Below, piece by piece: positions 39,490-53,234 of a DNA stretch of 64,000 nt. The notes beneath the pieces were generated by a model that saw nothing but the letters and a program-made list of their open reading frames with translations, ran no database searches and had not been told where the DNA came from. The position numbers were made by a program, and so were the translations under genes. How positions within the stretch are numbered: position 1 is the first letter of the stretch; the number at the start of each line of letters is the position of its first letter. The stretch is from NCBI RefSeq assembly GCF_009914755.1, contig NC_060928.1; one strand, written 5' to 3'. Origin of the DNA: the human T2T-CHM13v2.0 reference genome, Homo sapiens.

Positions 39490-40152
39490 CTATTGCCTCC
39501 CTTTTAATCCCACTTATCTCCTGGTAAACTTTTCCACCTTCTAGTTCTAAATTAGTGGTGCATTTTATTAATTGATGTATGCTTTATATTTTATTTTTTA
39601 AAGGATTTATAGTAAAGTGACTACTTTTAAAAATTGTGAAGACTTAGAGCAAAGGGTATAAAATGTAATTAGGTTCCATTATGAATTAGTAAGAAATTTG
39701 GGGGATTAGGGAGAATTGCATAGCCCTTCATTAATCACACTATGTGTGAAATTTCCTTTCATTTCTCATTATTTAGGAGAATTAGTTATTTTTTTATTAC
39801 AGCAATAGAATATGTTTCTGGAACATATTGGATGTATAATAAAAATGTGTTTAATGAGTAAATTAGTAAAATTATTAGCTATTATATCTTCAAATGTCAC
39901 TGGGATGACTCCAAAATTCAAACAAAGGCCAAATCGTTCTTAATTCATTAAGAAAAGCAATAATTTAGACACTTGGCTAAACTTGAAGATTAACATAGAA
40001 AAAAAGATCCATGACCTCATGTTGCTCTTAAAATAAATCTATATCAGAATAGATACGTTGGCAGAATGAGTGATTATAATGTCCCAAAATACTTTATCCT
40101 GAAAATGCTTTATGAGGAGCATTTAGTTATTTATTTTCAGTAGGGTCATGTA

Positions 40153-40929
40153 ATTTATTTATCAACATTTATTTTAGAATCAGGAGGTACATATGTAGAT
40201 TTGTTACCTGGGTATATTGTGTGATGCTGAGGTTTGGGGTATGAATAATTTTGTTACTGAGGAACTGAGCATAGTACCCTTTAGTTAGTTGTTCAACACT
40301 TCCCCCTCATCCTCCCTCCCCAACTCCGGTAGTCCCCAGTTTCTATCACTGCCATCTTTATGTCCGTGAGTACCCAAAGTTTAGTTCCCACTTATAAGTG
40401 AAAACATGCAGTATTTCTGTTCCCGCTTTAATTCTCCCAAGATAATGGTCTTCAGCTGCATCCATGTTGCTGCAAAGGACATGATTTTGTTCTTTTTTAG
40501 GGCTGCATATACAGTATTCCCTGGTGCATATGTGCCGCATTTTCTTTATCCAATCCATCATTGATGGGCACCTAGCTTGATTCCATGTCTTTGCTATTGT
40601 GAATAGAGTTGTAATGAACACAAGAGTGCATGTGTCTTCTTGATAGAATATTTTGTTTTTTTGGGGGGTATATACCAGGTAATGAGATTGTTGGGTTGAA
40701 TGGTAATTCTGTTTTAAGTTTTTTACGAAGTCTTCAAAGTGCTGCTTTCCATACTGGCTGACATAGTTTACATTCGTACCAGCAGTGTATAGCATTTCCT
40801 TTCTCCGCAGCCTAGTTAGCATCCATTGTTTTTAAAATTTATAATAACAGCCATTCTGACTGGTGTGAGATGGTATCTCATTGTGGTTTTGATTTGCATT
40901 TCTCTGATGATTAGTGATGTTGAGTATTT
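40153..40929 (-). mobile_element. 5'-truncated old primate L1 (L1PA16/L1PB-like)
   Basis: Antisense 3'UTR. Peptide [33 protein letters not shown] matches the ORF2p C-terminus. Confidence 0.93.
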
Positions 40930-42031
40930 ATGTGACAACATTGTATCTTCCTGTCTCTTTGACTTAGGAGAATATGGAGAAACTCACTTATACAAGTGGA
41001 GATTCTTCATGACTTTTCGAAACTGTTCCTTGTGTGTGCTCTCAATTCTTCAGTTTCTCCCCTTTCATAAATATATATAACATAATATATGCCATATATA
41101 TCATGTATATATAATATGTATTATATTATATGTAATATACACACACAAACACTCATGCAAAACACTCAACAGTGACTGTTACTTGATGGGAGAAAAGTGA
41201 GAAGAATGAATGCTATGTAAAGGTGGCAAAACATCTCGCTTTTATTCTTTTAGAATGACCTATGATAAAAACAAATATTCTTTAAAATTAACATAGATTA
41301 CTTAGGGTTCACAACTTGGATTTCTGAAAAATACCTTCATTATTTGACTCATATTCAGTCTCTAAGTGCTAGAGTTTCTTAAAATAAAACTGTTTGAAAT
41401 GGTTGGTGTACTTCACTTGAATAAAACTCCTGAGTCAACTTTATTGATACTACTGATTTTTAAAATAATTTCCATTAATTGTGATCATTTTATTTCCTCA
41501 TTCATGACTGCATTTATTTTCTGACATATGATGCTCACAGGCTTGCTAATCTCAATACCTGTTTTTTTCTTCAAATATATCGCAAACTCATGCTATATGG
41601 AATAAACGTTTTTAAAGGGAAAAACCATTGAAGTAGAAGAAAATGTAAAATTATTCTATTTATGGCTAAATACGAGTAAATATATTAAGCTTTTGGATCA
41701 ATATAAGCCTACATTTTATTCATAATTATATAAAAATCTCACTAATATTCAGTTACAACATGAACATGAAGTAAGGGTAAGCAATGGGATATGGAATTCA
41801 AAATGAGACCTATTTTGTTTTTTAATGCAGCCAGAGTCTTCACAATGAACCCTGACAAAATGAAATACTTAAATGCTTAGATGTCATGGTGTTCATGGGT
41901 ATTATCAAGAAAACTTACAGTAATGGACTATTTAATTACATAAGAAATTCTACCTTTGTATACACAATTCTCAATTGAATTCAACAAACAAGTTGCCTGT
42001 TATTCTCATTAAATATTTTAATTTCTTTTAG

Positions 42032-42490
42032 TGCCTTAGTTTGATTGGGTTTCCTCTTAAGCAGCCTCTGAGACAAGATTTTGCTTAAAGGAAATTTATG
42101 AGGCTGCTTTCTAGAAGGAACCAGTAAGGTAATGGGAAAGTGGAAAGGACAAAGAAAACAGTCAAGCAAGTGTGGGAGATCAAACACCACAAAGAGAATG
42201 ACTTTGTCTCAATTCCACAGGGAATCTCTGAAGGCAATTTGGGTAATATCTGAAATTATTTCAATCAGTTGCAAAGGAAGCAGAGTGTTAACAGCTCCCC
42301 ACCTCTCAGTCATTGGTTACATTCTACCCATTGAAGAAATATATTCCTGGATACTCCACTTATTCACAAGCACAGACAAAGCATCCTTTAACCGATGGTT
42401 GGTAATGAAAACATGCTGAGAGCTAGCACCTAAGCACAAATAGAAAAGAGCTCTGAGGGCATTTGCCTGGAGCACTGACGTGGTTTGAAT
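42032..42490 (-). mobile_element. ERVL LTR (LTR33/LTR16-like)
   Basis: 'ttgggtttcctcttaagcagcctctgagacaagatttt...aaggaaccagtaagg..gggaaagtg' and 'tcagtcattgg'. Confidence 0.65.
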
Positions 42491-42796
42491 ATAGTTTAAG
42501 TTGCGTGAAATATAATTTTAGCATTCAAGGAGCTTAAAGGCTGCTGGGGAAAGTACATAAAACCACAGGTGCTTAGAACAAATATTTCTCCACAACGTTA
42601 AATGAAACCTGCCTTGAGATCCAGTCACACCTAGTTAGGAGGAAATTAAATTTCTGCAAGCAGTGTTAAACGCTTCCCACCACAGTGCCTTGTGTCGGTT
42701 ATTGAGGAACTTACATATTTCTCAATTTATAAGAAATGTTTCCTGATGTTTAGTGTACTGATTTTAATGCTATTAGTGCTATGGTTATTGTCATGG

Positions 42797-43745
42797 CATG
42801 TCAAGCTACATAGTTTACTGTATCCAGTGCAAATAAAAGTGTAGAACTCTTTGTTCAAAATGCAGGAAACTATATTGTAAAAGTACTAAAAATGAAACTT
42901 TTTCTTCCCACTATCTTTTTCTTAACTTCTTATGGTGTTTTTTTTTTAAATTTGCTATTTAATGTTCTAAGAAAAGAAAAATTAAAATTTTAAATTTTCA
43001 TCCTGAATTTTACCGTTTATCTTTATATGTATAGTGAAATGCCAGTTTTAAATGCAAATATGAGAGCATTTAACTCATATGTTGAATCACTGAAATTATA
43101 CAATTTATATTTCAGAGCCAGTGCATCCATATGTATTTTGTTCTGACCAGAAGAATAAAAACACTGCACAAAACTAACTAAACTGTTTATATTTCACTTC
43201 TTGAGACATGTAAATTCTACCTACCATTTCTATGCTCTGTTACTGAAGAATAAAGAATGAGTGAAAGTTAAAAAAAAAAAAAACTAGATCTTTCTTCTTT
43301 CCTTCTTCATTTTCAGCTTAAGAGGTTCACTAATACCAAACATTGCATAGTTTTAAAAGCATGTGAGCAGGTTTCCTGGTTGTTTCATAGAACACTACTG
43401 ACTTCTTTCTATGTTTAAAGAAATTTCTAATTTGAAAAAAAAAATGTGATCTCTAAAAGCTGTCAATACCACATTTGCTGTTGTAAACACAGCAGTTTAT
43501 CTTAAACTCATTTTGAGCCTTACTTGAACTCCCACATTCATGAGTCCATAGGAAATCTGTGTTCATAGGGCATCACAAATGCTGTATGTGAATGGGGTTG
43601 CAAGAAACATGCTCCATAGACTTCATTCACAAAACACAAGGTCAAATATAAAATTATTAAGAATTCAGGATAACATGACAGCTTTCAATCAAGCGTGGTG
43701 CCCTTCTGAGGGCTGATCCTCTGAAAGTGTATAGGTAGCTTTGAG
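42797..43745. mobile_element. hAT-Tip100 element (MER45B/R-like)
   Basis: Left end 'gctacatagttt...ccagtgcaaat..ttgttcaaaa' and right end 'caagcgtggtgcccttctgag'. Confidence 0.65.
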
Positions 43746-45486
43746 GTTTAATTCTAGACTTACATATAAGAGTACTGGCCTTATTTGACAGACCAAACGT
43801 GTGTCGGTTTCCTTGTGTGCACATAATAGCTGTTCTCCATGAAGATCCTGCCAAGTCTTTGGTTCTTTCACGAATGTGAAAGTTTATGGACATTTTTATG
43901 CAAGATCTGCAAAATCCTATCTACCTTGCAGTCTTAAAAGAAATTCCCCAGACTTCCTCCTCTCAGGATTAATTCTCCTTTTCACACCTAAGCATTGCCA
44001 TAAATCTGTCACCATTTTTAGTCCACCATACTTCTTAAATCACCTCAGGTTTACCCAATCAAAAATAAAAACTAATTGGAGAACCGGCCTCTGGTTTCTA
44101 GGAAATTTTGTCTCTGGCCCTGAAAAGCAGCTGTCCCTAAGGAAAGAGAAACAAAGTACTAGCTAAATTGCTGAGATCAGGACGATGAGACAAACCTATA
44201 TGAGATAAAGTAGCATAAAATTTATTTTCCCAGTGAATAGTTCAACTGCATAACATCACCAGATAAATAAGGCGTTTGGAGAATGTACCTAACAAGGAAA
44301 GATGAAAGAGTGATCCAATGAGTATAATTCAGGAGCATAAAATAGCTATACGATCCAAAAAATGAAAACAATGAAAAGATTTCTCTGTTTAACAGTAATA
44401 AATGTTCATGAAACATTCTTTAAACACTTCAGAGAAAAGCAATATAGACACAATGCAAAAAATAATATACTGGCTTTAATTTTTATACTGAAGGACAAAG
44501 AGTTTAGCTAATCTTACAATGACGATGATGTCATCATTATAAACATATATCATTATATACATGACGATCATTATAAACATGACAAAACATCTCTTTTTAA
44601 TGTTAGTAACATACAAATAAATGCAATTTATGAATTATTAGTTCCTTTAGTAACCGAATGCAGTTATGACTGCACATTCATTTAAGACATGTTATACAAA
44701 ACTTTATGGAAATAAAAGTTTTCATTTTAGATGGGCAGACATAAGAAATGTATTAAAATACTTTGATAACAAATAGCCATTATTCTTTTAAATTAAATGT
44801 GGGACAGAGAACTATAACCAAAATTTCCTTTCTATTTTTGATAGCTAAATATGGTTACAGTTAAGGTTCTTTGTGATCATCTGTTCAACTTGAGTAGCTA
44901 TATAATCCAGGTTCTTTTATTAGAAACTATTTTTGAAATAAGGAATTACTGTTTTCACAGAATAACACACTTACACTAGTTTAGGTGTTCATAAGAATTT
45001 TTTTCTAGTAAGTTTCCTGAAATGAAATTTGATTCCCTTTTTAAAAAAGTCATTTGTAATCTCACGTTTTTTAATAAACATTGAGTTTATGTTGTTCTTT
45101 TTCTACATAAGAGTCCACACATTCTCAAGATAATATTTACTTATGAGAGGAATTTGTCGGGAGAGGCCAAGGGTAAGAATATCTTTGCAAAATTTGTCCA
45201 AACAAGTTGAGAAATGAAAGTAAAAAAGCAATTGACCATGGTGTTCAAGAATAAAAATAAAAGCCAGAAAAAGTAAAACACAGTTTTCAATATCTTTTCA
45301 AATTATAAAAATACGTAATATTTTATGCTAATCTATAAAATACCTACATGAAAATAATGTCAAAACATAAAGCCGAAATTATCTTATGCAACTTATCAAC
45401 ATATAGAACTTGAAATCTCTATCAGTTTAACATTTATGATTGGAAGGAAATAAAGTAATACTGAACATTCAGAGTCTGTAAGGTAT

Positions 45487-46069
45487 TGTGTCCGGAATTG
45501 GTGGGTTCTTGATCTCGCTGACTTCAAGAATGAAGCCGCAAACTCTCGCAGTGAGTGTTACAGTTCTTAAAAGATGGTGTGTCTGGAGTTTGTTCCTTCC
45601 GATGTTCGGGCGAGTCCCGAGTTTCTTCCTCCTAGTGGGTTCGTGGTCTCCCTGACTTCAGGAGTGAAGCTGCAGACCTTCGCGGTGAGTGTTACAGTTC
45701 ATAAAGGTGGCCGTCCGGAGTTGGTCATTCCTCCTGGTGGGTTTGTGGTCTTGCTGACTTCAGGAGTGAAGCTGCAGACCTTCGCGGTGAGTGTTACAGC
45801 TCATAAAGGGGCGTGGACCCAAAGAGTGAGCAGCAGCAAGATTTATTGCGAAGAGCTAAAGAAAAAAACCCCCACAACACGGAATGGGACCCCAGCGCGT
45901 TGCCGCTGCTGGCGCGGGTGGCCTTTTATTCCCTTATCTGGCCCCACCCACATCCTGCTGATTGGTCCATTTTACAGAGAGCTGATTGGTCCATTTTACA
46001 AAGAGCTGATTTGTCCGTTTTACAGAGAGCTGATTGGTCCATTTTACAGAGAGTCGGCTTCACCTCTCA
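45487..46069 (-). mobile_element. LTR12 (ERV9) solo LTR with both termini and an internal U3 deletion
   Basis: 3' end tgtgtccggaattggtggg; 5' end ggcttcacctctca (TGAGAGGTGAAGCC on the minus strand). 4-bp TSD gtat at 45483-45486 and 46070-46073. Confidence 0.95.
45920..46052 (-). promoter_or_regulatory. LTR12 promoter: four 24-bp repeats (three with CCAAT), a GC/CACCC box and an AATAAAA TATA-like box
   Basis: gctgattggtccattttacagaga x4 at 45957-46052, with unit 3 mutated. ggccccaccc at ~45940. ttttatt at 45924-45930. Confidence 0.75.
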
Positions 46070-46099
46070 GTATCATGAAAATTATTTTATATTTCATAA

Positions 46100-46250
46100 T
46101 ATTTTATTAAATCTTCATGGAAACAATATGACAGCCTCTGATATCCTTGTTTTATTAATAATGAAGTTCAGTGTCACAGAGTCTAAGAGCTTTCTCAAGG
46201 GCACATGGCAAAGCAGTAGTGGAGCTGAAATTCAAATAGCAGTCTGTATA
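46100..46250 (-). mobile_element. MIR fragment
   Basis: 'cacagagtctaagagctttctcaagggcacatggc...agtggagctgaaattcaaa'. Confidence 0.6.
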
Positions 46251-49200
46251 AGAAACATTCTGTGGAGGCCAAATAAACACTAGCAGCTTTAGCTTTACCA
46301 TGTTCATATTAATAGGCCATAGTAATTAGGTTTAACTATACAAGTTTCTCTTTCTGATTTCAGAGCCTCCTTTATGGAATTAAAAATAAAATTTACTTTG
46401 ACCAATTGAAATTTGAAACCAACCATTCAATTATCTAACATTATAACTAGACCTTCTTTAAGCGATGATTTTGACTATATAAGGTGAACATTATATATTT
46501 CAAATCAAGTATTGGTTATAGTTGGAATGTACCATGGTATAGTTTTCCTTACACAGGTCACCACAGTGTAATTATTAATGCTATCTTTTTTTTTTCTCTC
46601 CAAAATGTACTGGTTTGAATGACAAATTATAAAATACAATAGTTACGTGCAAAGATTAAATTATGTAAAACAAAGAAACCCAAAAAATAAAAAAAGTTGA
46701 AAATGCTTACATCAGAGAGTAAAATGTAAAACGTCCAAATGTAATACTGAATATCATGCGCATCAAGCCAATAACATGTCAGAACAATAACATTAATACA
46801 ACTGCAACTATAATAAAGCTTAATTCTGCTTATTTGACCCAACAACATGAAAGAAACGAAAAAAATGTGACTTTCAGAATAGTTCATTTCCTACTCTTGT
46901 AGTGATGCTCCTAAGCTATGAGACAAAATGCAAACCTTAAAAATGCGTCGCTAAACAAAGCAAGAAACTTAGCCTAGCATGTTAACTAGTAGAAGTTAAA
47001 ATAAGTATCTAATGAATATATAGGGAAAAACACATGTAAAAAACTAATAGCTTACTGGTATAAGAAAACTGTCTTTTTTGCCTTTTTTATTCAATAAAGT
47101 TGCTGTCAGTTTGTATTCATTAAAAATTTTCTTGGTAAAGGTTTTCTAAAAGCCACTGATTTTCAAAAATGCCTCTCTAGCATCCTTCACCTGGGTACTT
47201 AACTGTCGAGTGTTCAACATAGCAATTATTGCTCCAGTCAAATTTTCCTGCCCTTATGTTTTCTAATATTTCCTCTGTTTCCACTCATATATTAATAGTT
47301 TTTATCATACTCACATAAAATTGCCTTTTTTTAATTTGCCATTTTTTACTAAACTATAAGTTCCTTAATGGAAGAAATGGTGCTTAGCATAGAAGAGTCA
47401 TGGAGCTAATTCATGTTGAATGGACACATGCAAAAACATACACACCCCTTAACTTAATTGATGACAAAGAATGGACATTTATCTTCTAGACCTCATATTT
47501 ACCACACAGTATTATTCACTGAGAGAATATGTTATAGCCTAAAACATGTCTGAGTACATGTAAAATTTACCAATCCGGACATAATTTGTTAGCGTTTCTA
47601 TCCTTTTAATTGTGAGAGAGGCAGAAAAATAAAAACTTTATTTAAAGGATTGATTTACTTATTTATACATCCAGGTCAATATATATTTGCCATACATGTT
47701 TTAATTGCTAAATTTGTATTCTCTCTAACCAATTAAATGATGAAATACAAATCCTCTAAATGAAGGTAGATATGAGTCAATCTACCACTACTTTAAAAAA
47801 AAAAAAAGTATAAGCAGATTTCCTAGAAAATCTAACTCTTTTTGGAAAACTCTAAATTAATAGGTAAAATAGTACTGATTTTTAAAACTACAATAATGAT
47901 TTAAGCATATTTTGAATTTCCATGTGACAAGGCTAGCATATCTTAGCCTAAACTTGAATTAATCTAGTAATTCCTAGAGTCAACCATTACATGTTTGTGT
48001 ATATGCCACTAGATTTGGGTTGTATGTTCCTTAGGGTTACTCATGTTCTTAGATAGTATGGGACTAGAGAGTATCAGCAGATGAATTTTGAGGATATTCA
48101 GAATATTTGCAACTCTAGGACATATAAGGAAAATAATATGCACAGTTTCTGAAAACCAGTTGATTATCACAAAAGTGGGTCATAATAGTCTCTACTGAAG
48201 TACAGTTTATAAGGTTTATCGCATTAATGTTGGATAATGCAAATGTAGTACTTCTACAAAATACTATTTTTTGAATGTAGAGCCTTTGCTAAATATTTTT
48301 AATTTGATTAACCTGTTGTTTTATAATTTAAATTCTAATGAATATTCAAATATTTATAAAAGCTTTGTGAAAATGTTTCCCCACAGGAAAAATATAGATA
48401 TCAAATTGTTTAGTAACATGCACAAAAATGTTTGGGTAGGATAATATGTTTTATTTACCTTGTTTATAACTACTCTGTAATTTTCTATATCTTCTACTGT
48501 GTAACTGCATAAACATCAGTAATAATCTGTGTTTGGTTATCTGCTTTATATGTGGATCCTTCATATTCCTTTAATTTCTGGCAATATTCCACAATCTACA
48601 CCTCATCTATGGATAAATCTCAAGACATTGAAATTAAACCTTACCCCTCAGCTTTTTTGCATACTAATATGTAACTTTGAGCAAAATGGAAATGCTCTTC
48701 TTTCTGTACAGGCAACGTAGCCCTCTTTTAAATGTAAGTTCTAACAGTTACTTTTATTTTTTTCTTTCATTCTGAACAGCAGGATTGGCTATGGCTTCTG
48801 AGTCTTTGAATTTTGTCTCAATTATATCTCTAACATTGCTCCAAGTCTGTATCATCAATTACGGTAAAACGTCTTTGAAAATAAGCTCACTGATTGAGCC
48901 AAATTCAAAGAGACATTCAGTAACACATTCACATTTGTTTAATAACCTCATCCTCATCTCTAATCCATGAGTTTAATTAAACTCTGTGCTTTTATTTCCA
49001 GGCATACATTTTCAATGTTATCTTTGTGAATTCAAACCAAGGCTCTGTCCCAGTCAAATGAAACCTAGAAGAATTATAAGCAAAACAATGAGTCAGTGCA
49101 AACCATGGAATACAGATTTCAGAGTCTTGTATTAGATATTATTCCCCAAGAATGAATTGTACAAAGCTTTTTCTCATTTATGCCATTTAATTGAAAGTAT

Positions 49201-52028
49201 TATGGGAAAAAATGGCAAGAGTTGGGTCTCTGACAAGAATATTGAAATACAAATTTATTAACTGAAGGCCTGTATGTTAAACTTCAGTTAGCAGAAAGCT
49301 AAGAAAAATTAAATAGAGAAAAATATTTGATATAAAATTGAACATTGGAACATGTGTAAATTTAGCCCTCTCTGAGTATATCTACATTTTCCCCCACCCA
49401 TCACATTTGCCATTGTTTCACTGTTAAGTGTATAAAGGCACAATGAAAAGAAACAAAATGTCATAGGCTACTTAACACATTGCTTTCATTTACTACAGAG
49501 AATTATAAAGCTGACTAAACAAACACAAAAAACCCAAAAGTTGCCTATACTTTGGTGATTTCATCCTCACGATTCAAGATGGAAAGTTCTCAGGAAGCCT
49601 CAGACTTCCCCAGTCAGGAGATTTCTCAATAAACTCCAGTCCCCTTCAGCTTCCAGTAAGATAATTCGTTACTGCTAATCAATTTGCAAACTAATCAATT
49701 TGTTCTCATGAGCCTTTTTTTCTTTTTTACTTTTTTGCAATAATGGTAAGAAAACTTACATATACTTTTAAGCGTGGCTTAAATCTATATACACGTCAGA
49801 CGTCCTGTTTAGTTGTACAGTATTTCTTTGGTTCTTCTCATTTCCTAAACTTCTTTTCTGGTTTTGGTTTATGAATTTTCTTTTCCCTTTTACTAGAATA
49901 GCGTTTCCAGTTTTCAGGCAGAACTCGGCCTGAGCACTTCAGAACTGTAGATGTACTAGTGATTTGACACTTATTCTGAAATTTTTTACTTTGTATTTCA
50001 AAATCTCACTTCTTTACCTCTTGTCTAACTATCAGCACCAAAAAGCTATTTCTTTCCGAAGCATTTCTTCCGCAATGTTTTCTTTCATTTTTAGTATCTA
50101 TTACTTTGGAATTAAAGTTGCAATTCTACTTATTTTATCCCCCTACAGTATAGTAATGAACTAACTCTAATCAAATAAATATATAAGTAAATAAGAATAA
50201 ACCTACTAAGTTTACAAAGAAACCAGTTGCCATAAAGCTCATGCATCAATACTGCATATATTTTAATCAGATTACTTAGATATCTGAAATTTCATAAATA
50301 TTAATCAGGGTTTAGCACAGGAAATGGAACAAAAGTGGTTTTAAACAGAAAGTGATTTTATTGTTAGAAAAAACTATAGCGGGAGCTAGAGAAACTCACT
50401 CTGAGCTAGGCATTCCTGAGTTACTCTCAGCATGTGGCAGAACTCATTCAGTTCCGTAACATGAGATACCAGTGAAATACAGATATCAAACAATATCTTA
50501 GTTGAGATATAACACTCAGGAAGCCGAAGTCAGAAAAATGCTGCCATTGTTCCTGCCTACAATGGAGCTGTCATCACGACTGGAACTGACTCTCTCAATA
50601 ATGGAGAAAGTCAGAAAATAGATACTGGATGTTGACTTCAGGAAAAAAAATTACAAAAACAAAGATCAAAGCAATGTCTCCACAGCTTGGTCTGGTGCAT
50701 GCAATTGTCTGAACTTGACCCTTATCCACAGCACTATCTTCAAGAGAGTCATAGAAATGTGCAGAGTCAGGTCATTCTATTATAGAAAGGCTCATGAGAA
50801 CATGTGACATAAGGCCAACTGCTTAATTATCTCATCCTATTTAATATTTAAAAGGAAAATTACTTACATTATTTGGTAGAAGATAAAGAATAATGACTCA
50901 TTTAAGTAATGTAACAAAAGATTCCTTAAAAACATGAAAGTTCTAAATTCAAAGGTAATGAGAAATACAAAAAAGGGAAACATAGACCTACTCATCACAT
51001 TAATTTTAACATTATCATTCCATGACAGCTTTATAAAATAGTATTTGCAAAATCAAGGCAGTCAAGGAAACTGCAATAGATTCCTATGTTTGGGGTCAAA
51101 GGAGGACTTCATTACTCAGGGAAAAGACATTGCAAGACAGATATTTAAAAGACGGTGGTTTTGTTAATGTTAAGTGTTAGGAGCAGTTCTCTAGATCCTT
51201 GAAGGAATCGGAAGAAAAAAATTAAACCTCTTTTTAAAAAAGGGCTTGCTTTTGAAAGAAAACAAAATCCTTTCAACTACCTACTAATTCAATGGCTATC
51301 AATAGACAATTAATGTTTGAGATTCACCATGACAGCCACAGTATTTTGCAGATTTTGAATGAGTGGACGGGAATTAAGTAAATGTTTGATTAATAAACGA
51401 ATACCATTTTAAATGACTGATTAAATCAACAAGAAAAAACCTAAATTACATTTGCTTTACTATATAATGAGTGGGAAAAGTGTGTCATAAGTTTTTGGAA
51501 GATTTCTAAAAGAATTGTTATAGTGAAGGCTCCAGTTAGTTACTGGGAGAATTGCAATCATCTAGACAATGCATGTTTGTGAAATAGCTCATTTGCCAAT
51601 GATGACAGATAAAGAAAGCAGAATTACTATATTAATTTCGGACAAATATTCTCAATTTAATAAAAAACGCTGACAGTTGTTCTGTTTTTTCTGTTTTAGT
51701 ATCGAGGCTTTACATTTTGTTCACTCTGTTTCTCTTGTAATACTGGAAGTTAAAATAAATATGGTATTAATATGGAACTTATCTGTCACCTTAATAATAT
51801 ATGATTAAATAAATGAAATGGACACTGAACTTGACATTATTTAAAATGTCATCCCTCAGAAGTTAACTTCCAAATAAGTATTTTGTCATTTCTGTAGTCC
51901 TGAAATGTAGTATACCCTAAACATTATATGTTACAGTCAAATCCTCTGCTAGAAATAATACATAATTTCAAATTTATTTTAGTTTTTATACAATAAACCT
52001 CTATAGAAATTTGCTAAATATAATTAAA

Positions 52029-52450
<422 letters not shown>

Positions 52451-52556
52451 GTCATTACAATTTTTACTTACATGATTTGCAATTTTCAATGTATTGTAAA
52501 GAATAGTATACTTAAATTTTATATTGATATACTTGTTTGACATTCATGAAGATTTA

Positions 52557-52636
52557 TTAGGTTGGTGCAAATGTAGTCGCAGTTTTTGTCATTACTTTTA
52601 ATGGCAAAAACTGTAATTATGTTTGCACCAGCCTAA
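52557..52636. mobile_element. MADE1 (Hsmar1 MITE), 80 bp
   Basis: ttaggttggtgcaaa...tttgcaccagcctaa palindromic TIRs, preceded by TA. Confidence 0.95.
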
Positions 52637-53182
52637 GACCTTAAGTGAAACCTAGAACGTAGCTTTGGGCTTTACATCTAATTTATACTACAATTCATTA
52701 AATATGCCATTCAAGTTGATCACATTCTCTTATTAGTGAGTTGATTTAATACTTACAGATGTGATATATATAATTTCATCTTAATTAAATATATAACATT
52801 AATTTATGTATTATGTATTACATATTACACATATAATTTTAATTACCAAAATATATGACATCAGAGAAGGAAATTATAAGGATATTAAGAATATATTAGA
52901 GAATAAAAAACAAGAATAAGAAAGAAATAGGTCTACTCTCAGTGTGTGCTCATGGATGTAATAATAAAATACATGACATCCAATTCATAAAAATAAAACT
53001 AGATCTCAAGAGTTTATGGCTCTGCAATTCAATGTATTACATAGTGTATTTATTATTTGATATTATTGAAAATCTCAGTATGCATTATGATTTTATTGAC
53101 ATAGATATAACAGATACAATTATTTACTAGATATACTCGTTTAACACATTTTTACTCTTTAACTGATAAGACATTTTTATTG

Positions 53183-53234
53183 TGACTAGCCTGAGCAACA
53201 TAGTGAGATCCTGTGTCTCCAAATTTTTTTTAAA
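53183..53234 (+). mobile_element. Tiny FLAM/AluJ monomer 3' fragment
   Basis: gactagcctgagcaacatagtgagatcctgtgtctc, flanked by aagaca(ta)tttttat. Confidence 0.7.

Noticed and set aside
45957-46052. 24-bp repeats as a CRISPR-like array
   Set aside because: Head-to-tail with no spacers; these are known LTR12 U3 repeats in eukaryotic DNA
45574-46283. ORFs of 178 and 156 aa with repeated peptides (LIGPFYRE)
   Set aside because: Antisense translation of the LTR12 tandem repeats, not a protein
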